Shown here: positions 60,316 through 64,000 of the stretch, piece by piece
How positions within the stretch are numbered: position 1 is the stretch's first letter
How the letters are laid out: each line of letters begins with the position of its first letter
DNA from: an uncultured Candidatus Saccharibacteria bacterium
GTDB lineage: Bacteria > Patescibacteriota > Minisyncoccia > Phycocordibacterales > CALRHW01
Direction of reading: 5' to 3'
DNA: 64,000 nucleotides
Assembly (NCBI GenBank): GCA_964390845.1
Contig: CAYMIL010000001.1
Span: 178,448 to 242,447 of the forward strand
Notes under the pieces: model-generated
What the model saw: only the letters and a program-made list of their open reading frames with translations
The model's database searches: none
Told to the model about the DNA's origin: nothing
Made by a program: the position numbers and the translations under genes

Positions 60316-61491
60316 ATGAAAATATTGGCAGTAGAAACAAGTTGCGACGAGACCGCACTATGCATTATTGAAGGAACTGGTGAAACATCATCCCCTCGTA
60401 TCAGCGTTCTCGGCACTTCCCTTTTTTCTCAAGCAAAAATCCATGAACAATATGGGGGTGTCTTCCCCAACCTTGCGAAACGTGAACACGCGAGAAACCT
60501 TGTGCCACTACTGAAAAACCTACTTGAAAACAACAATCTTTCTTTGGGCGCCCACAGAGAGTTTACACCCGAACAACACACATTTCTTCAGAAGCTCCTC
60601 GAGAGAGAGCCGGATCTATATACTGCATGTAGCGAATATCTGCAGACATGTACCCCACCAGACATTGATGCGATTGCGGTTACCGTCGGCCCTGGGCTTG
60701 AACCTGCGCTCTGGGTGGGTATCAATTTTGCAAAGGCACTTTCGTATATCTGGGGCAAACCTATTGTTCCAGTCAATCACATGGAAGGGCATATCGCATC
60801 TGTGCTTACTGCGTCATCGGCGGAACAATCAACACCTGTTGTATTCCCTGCGCTAGCGCTCCTTATTAGTGGCGGGCACACTGAGCTTGTACTGGTGCGA
60901 GGATGGTCGCAGTATGAGGTGGTCGGTCAAACACGCGATGATGCTGTGGGAGAGGCTTTTGATAAAGTTGCTCGCATGCTCTCACTGCCATACCCTGGCG
61001 GACCGCACATTTCCCGACTCGCACACGAAGCGCGAACATCGAACGCGGAAGTATTTTCTATCCGCTTTCCACGCCCAATGCTTCACTCAGGCGATTTAGA
61101 TTTTTCGTTTTCTGGACTTAAAACCGCAGTACTCACTGCAATACAAAAAACTGGCGACCTTACTGACGACACAAAAAAAGCTATCGCACGAGAATTTGAA
61201 GATGCTGTGGTAGAGGTGCTACGTGAAAAGACGATGCATGCTATCGAACGATACAACATCCGCACACTCATCATTGGAGGTGGCGTTATTGCAAATACAC
61301 GCATACGAGAGGCATTTGCCGAGCTTCACACACATTTTCCAGAACTCACTCTCCTCCTTCCAGAAAAGGGACTGGAGACAGACAATGCCGTGATGATAGC
61401 TATTGCTGGCTATCTGCAAGCTCAGACAAACCCGCACACCCTCTCCACGGACCCCAATACCATTCGAGCACAAGGCAACTTGAGCTTATAA
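60316..61491 (+). CDS. tsaD: tRNA t6A threonylcarbamoyltransferase TsaD
   Basis: ETSCDET, HMEGH, ISGGHT, DDAVGEAFDK, DNAVMI. Confidence 0.96.
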   Translation: MKILAVETSCDETALCIIEGTGETSSPRISVLGTSLFSQAKIHEQYGGVFPNLAKREHARNLVPLLKNLLENNNLSLGAHREFTPEQHTFLQKLLEREPDLYTACSEYLQTCTPPDIDAIAVTVGPGLEPALWVGINFAKALSYIWGKPIVPVNHMEGHIASVLTASSAEQSTPVVFPALALLISGGHTELVLVRGWSQYEVVGQTRDDAVGEAFDKVARMLSLPYPGGPHISRLAHEARTSNAEVFSIRFPRPMLHSGDLDFSFSGLKTAVLTAIQKTGDLTDDTKKAIAREFEDAVVEVLREKTMHAIERYNIRTLIIGGGVIANTRIREAFAELHTHFPELTLLLPEKGLETDNAVMIAIAGYLQAQTNPHTLSTDPNTIRAQGNLSL

Positions 61492-61492
61492 A

Positions 61493-61522
61493 CAAAAAAC
61501 CCGCATTCAAGCGGGTTTTTTG
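61493..61522. terminator. Bidirectional terminator
   Basis: CAAAAAACCCGC..GCGGGTTTTTTG. Confidence 0.8.
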
Positions 61523-61541
61523 TACTGCGCCAAGCAAGTGT

Positions 61542-62231
61542 TTAGCCGTGCATTGAGCAGAAGAGATTGTTGAGCTTCTGCTTTGTGTATACATACACAT
61601 ATCCTGTCGGAGCAACATCAGTGCCCCACGGAGCGAGGATTTCTGAAGCGTATCGCCCCTGAAATGCCTTTACAGCTGAAAGTGTTGCATCATCAAACGT
61701 ACCAGACAAAGGTGCTGTGAAGCCAAGCTCTGTGAGGAAAAACTGGAGTCGGACCATTTCCATACGATCATTATTGAGACCCTGCTTGAGGTATGTGCTG
61801 ATCAATGAGCAACCCTCCCCCGCAGAAGTCGAAGCACCGAGTACCTCTCCCTGAATTGGTGAAGAGAACAATGAACCACCAACAGAAGAACCTCGAGAAG
61901 AGCCAGACGTTGTGCCACCACCATTACCATCAGTGTCTTCACCGCCAGTATCGCCTTCATCATCTGTTCTGTTTCCTGCATCACCATGATGTCCTCGGCC
62001 TGTTGAGGTAAGAACATGTGTGTTGTCGATAACATCAACTTTATCGTGAGAAAGTGTTGGCTCCTGAGTATCTGATGTTTCTGTACTCACCATCGGATCA
62101 CCCACGCCGACAATTACAATATCACTTTCCACACCCGCCTCATCAGCAAATACTGCGCCCGGCACAAATCCAAGAGACGCAACCATGGCAACGAGAGCAA
62201 CAATCTTTTTATGCATACGTGTCATATTCAT
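61542..62231 (-). CDS. Secreted protein with C-terminal peptidoglycan-binding-like domain
   Basis: Signal peptide, acidic/Gly linker, LQFFL..G.FD..T..AVKAFQ. Confidence 0.8.
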   Translation of the reverse strand: MNMTRMHKKIVALVAMVASLGFVPGAVFADEAGVESDIVIVGVGDPMVSTETSDTQEPTLSHDKVDVIDNTHVLTSTGRGHHGDAGNRTDDEGDTGGEDTDGNGGGTTSGSSRGSSVGGSLFSSPIQGEVLGASTSAGEGCSLISTYLKQGLNNDRMEMVRLQFFLTELGFTAPLSGTFDDATLSAVKAFQGRYASEILAPWGTDVAPTGYVYVYTKQKLNNLFCSMHG

Positions 62232-62334
62232 TAACTTATAACCGCTGTTAGCTTGGCTTATTTCTACTTGAATACTGACCATTTGTCAACATCTCGAAAA
62301 AAACGAGTATTTCAACATGTTACAATAACTATGC

Positions 62335-63078
62335 ATGATGAGTCCTTATACAGATTACACACTTCTCCTTACCGTTACTGTCTGCGGCGGCATCCTCCCT
62401 GCCCTGTTTTGGTTGTGGTTTTGGCTTCATGAGGACAACAAATCTCCTGAGCCTCGCGGACTTATTATTCGAGCGTTTCTCGCGGGGGCAGTGGCGGTAC
62501 CACTTGTGTTGCCGTTTCAATTTATTGTTTCAAAATACGTGGCAGGCTATTCTGTACTCGTATTTTTACTCTGGGCATGCATCGAGGAGCTCTTTAAGTT
62601 TGGCGCAACCTTCTTTACTATCTTTCACCGCAGAGAAATGGACGAGCCTATTGATGTAGTGATCTACCTTATCACCGCGGCACTTGGCTTTGTCGCGCTT
62701 GAAAACGTATTATTCCTCTCCTCACCGATTCTTCAGGAGTTTTCAACGCCATTTCAGGTCATCGGCACGCGCGCAGTCGGCACAATGATCGACACCGTCA
62801 TCACTGGCAACTTGCGTTTTATGGGGGCGAGTCTGCTACACGTTATCGCCTCTGCAACAGTGGGCATTATGATTGCGTTGGTCTTTTATCGAGGTGTGCG
62901 TGCCCGTTTTAAAGCAACATTACTTGGATTATCCCTCGCAACAGTATTGCATGCTGTCTTCAACTTCTTTATAATATACAAGAACGGAGAGAATACACTG
63001 ATTGTGTTCTCAATCCTGTGGCTGATGATTGCAGTCTTGATGTTATTTTTCGAAAAAATAAAAACTTTAGCACATTAA
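62335..63078 (+). CDS. PrsW-family intramembrane metalloprotease
   Basis: PEP, EELFK, GFVALEN, H..HAVFN. Confidence 0.88.
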   Translation: MMSPYTDYTLLLTVTVCGGILPALFWLWFWLHEDNKSPEPRGLIIRAFLAGAVAVPLVLPFQFIVSKYVAGYSVLVFLLWACIEELFKFGATFFTIFHRREMDEPIDVVIYLITAALGFVALENVLFLSSPILQEFSTPFQVIGTRAVGTMIDTVITGNLRFMGASLLHVIASATVGIMIALVFYRGVRARFKATLLGLSLATVLHAVFNFFIIYKNGENTLIVFSILWLMIAVLMLFFEKIKTLAH

Positions 63079-63086
63079 AAAGCAGT

Positions 63087-63557
63087 ATGGCACAAAAACG
63101 ATCATTCTTTGAGAGACTCACCGGCGCCGTAAGGGTTGTCGACGATTTAGACATGGACGAACAGCGTGACGACCTCGCTGAGCGAACCATCTCTACACGA
63201 GAAATGATTGACGAAGACACAGGCGAAGGCGAACTCACTGTTGATGTCTACCAAACATCAAGCGACATTATCATCAAGACGATGGTTGCGGGTGTACGAC
63301 CAGAAGATCTCGATATCGCAATCACTCGAGACACTGTCACGATTAAAGGAAAGCGCGAATCTGAGCGCCTTGTCCGCGACGAAGACTACTTCCACCGCGA
63401 ATTATACTGGGGTAGCTTCTCACGCACCATCATGTTGCCTCAAGAAGTAGAGATCGACGAGGCGGAGGCAGTAGAAAAACACGGACTCCTCATCATCAAA
63501 CTCCCGAAGCTCGATAAATCCAAACAAGCAAAACTCCGCGTTAAAAATAACGGATAA
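63087..63557 (+). CDS. Hsp20/alpha-crystallin small heat-shock protein
   Basis: VDVYQT, AGV..EDLDI, RELYWGSFSRTI.LP, GLLIIKLPK. Confidence 0.92.
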   Translation: MAQKRSFFERLTGAVRVVDDLDMDEQRDDLAERTISTREMIDEDTGEGELTVDVYQTSSDIIIKTMVAGVRPEDLDIAITRDTVTIKGKRESERLVRDEDYFHRELYWGSFSRTIMLPQEVEIDEAEAVEKHGLLIIKLPKLDKSKQAKLRVKNNG

Positions 63558-63565
63558 AAAAAGAG

Positions 63566-63596
63566 AGGGCCGCGCAGCAATACGCTGCGCGGCCCT
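63566..63596. terminator. Hairpin terminator between hsp20 and the convergent orphan
   Basis: AGGGCCGCGCAGC/GCTGCGCGGCCCT. Confidence 0.78.
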
Positions 63597-63620
63597 TTGT
63601 CTGTGTGTACCTGTACCAGT

Positions 63621-64000
63621 TCAGCTCACCCACCAGTACGGCACCATCTTCTTCTTCGGATGGTCGTACGTATGGATTCTGATCCAAAAATCCACCTTCT
63701 CGCGCGCAGAAGAGATCAGCTCGTTGCGCAGGTCTTCGCGCGCAATGACAAACTGGTCGAAACTCGACAAACTCCTGTAGAGCGACCCGTAGCGGACAAG
63801 CATGTTGCGAACACTGACGAATTCTCCCGCCTCCTCGTAGCGGTCGAGCGCCTCCTTGAGGAAACGCATCACCGCTTGGCAATCAAGCCGAGCCTCCATC
63901 GTCTTCGCGGGGTTGTAGGACGACCCCAAAAAGAGCAACATCGCCCCAACCCGAAGCTCAAGTTCACGGCAGACGTGCGGAACGATGCGCAGATGCACGG
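63621..64000 (-). CDS. GC3-rich orphan, 3' part (probably starts beyond the window end)
   Basis: Open frame to the window edge, GC3-rich codons, terminator downstream. Confidence 0.6.
   Translation of the reverse strand, partial: VHLRIVPHVCRELELRVGAMLLFLGSSYNPAKTMEARLDCQAVMRFLKEALDRYEEAGEFVSVRNMLVRYGSLYRSLSSFDQFVIAREDLRNELISSAREKVDFWIRIHTYDHPKKKMVPYWWVS

Overview
Chromosomal segment of a small-genome bacterium, most likely Patescibacteria/CPR (Parcubacteria-like). This is inferred from short IF2/ThrS/SMC, a divergent bS21, a tandem array of VirB2/TrbC-like pilins and the absence of biosynthetic genes. It is mostly core machinery: rpoB-rpoC-dnaG-rpoD, trmD/khpA/rpsP, rnr, smc, rnc, nusB, rpmF, rnhB, dnaE, thrS, clpB, infB-rbfA, gyrA, rpsA, pth, lepB, ybeY, ftsA-ftsZ, trxB, tsaD and 7 tRNAs. 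The most striking pattern is a second gene class. About 8 solitary orphan genes with GC3-rich codon usage sit between core genes. Where visible, each has its own sigma70 promoter, a long leader with a Shine-Dalgarno site, often a boxA-like antitermination motif, and a GC-rich terminator. Core genes, by contrast, are largely leaderless or SD-less. The same window encodes a NusB-Nudix fusion. Other highlights: a highly structured ~300-nt candidate ncRNA (48690-49015), a hinge-less SMC, a ClpB carrying a ClpP-docking LGF motif, pseudo-enzymes (HisRS-like, trypsin-like), a possible remote DGR-target gene, a Fur-family operator and a shared 'GEVLGAST' motif in surface proteins. All family assignments come from motif recognition by eye; no database search was run.
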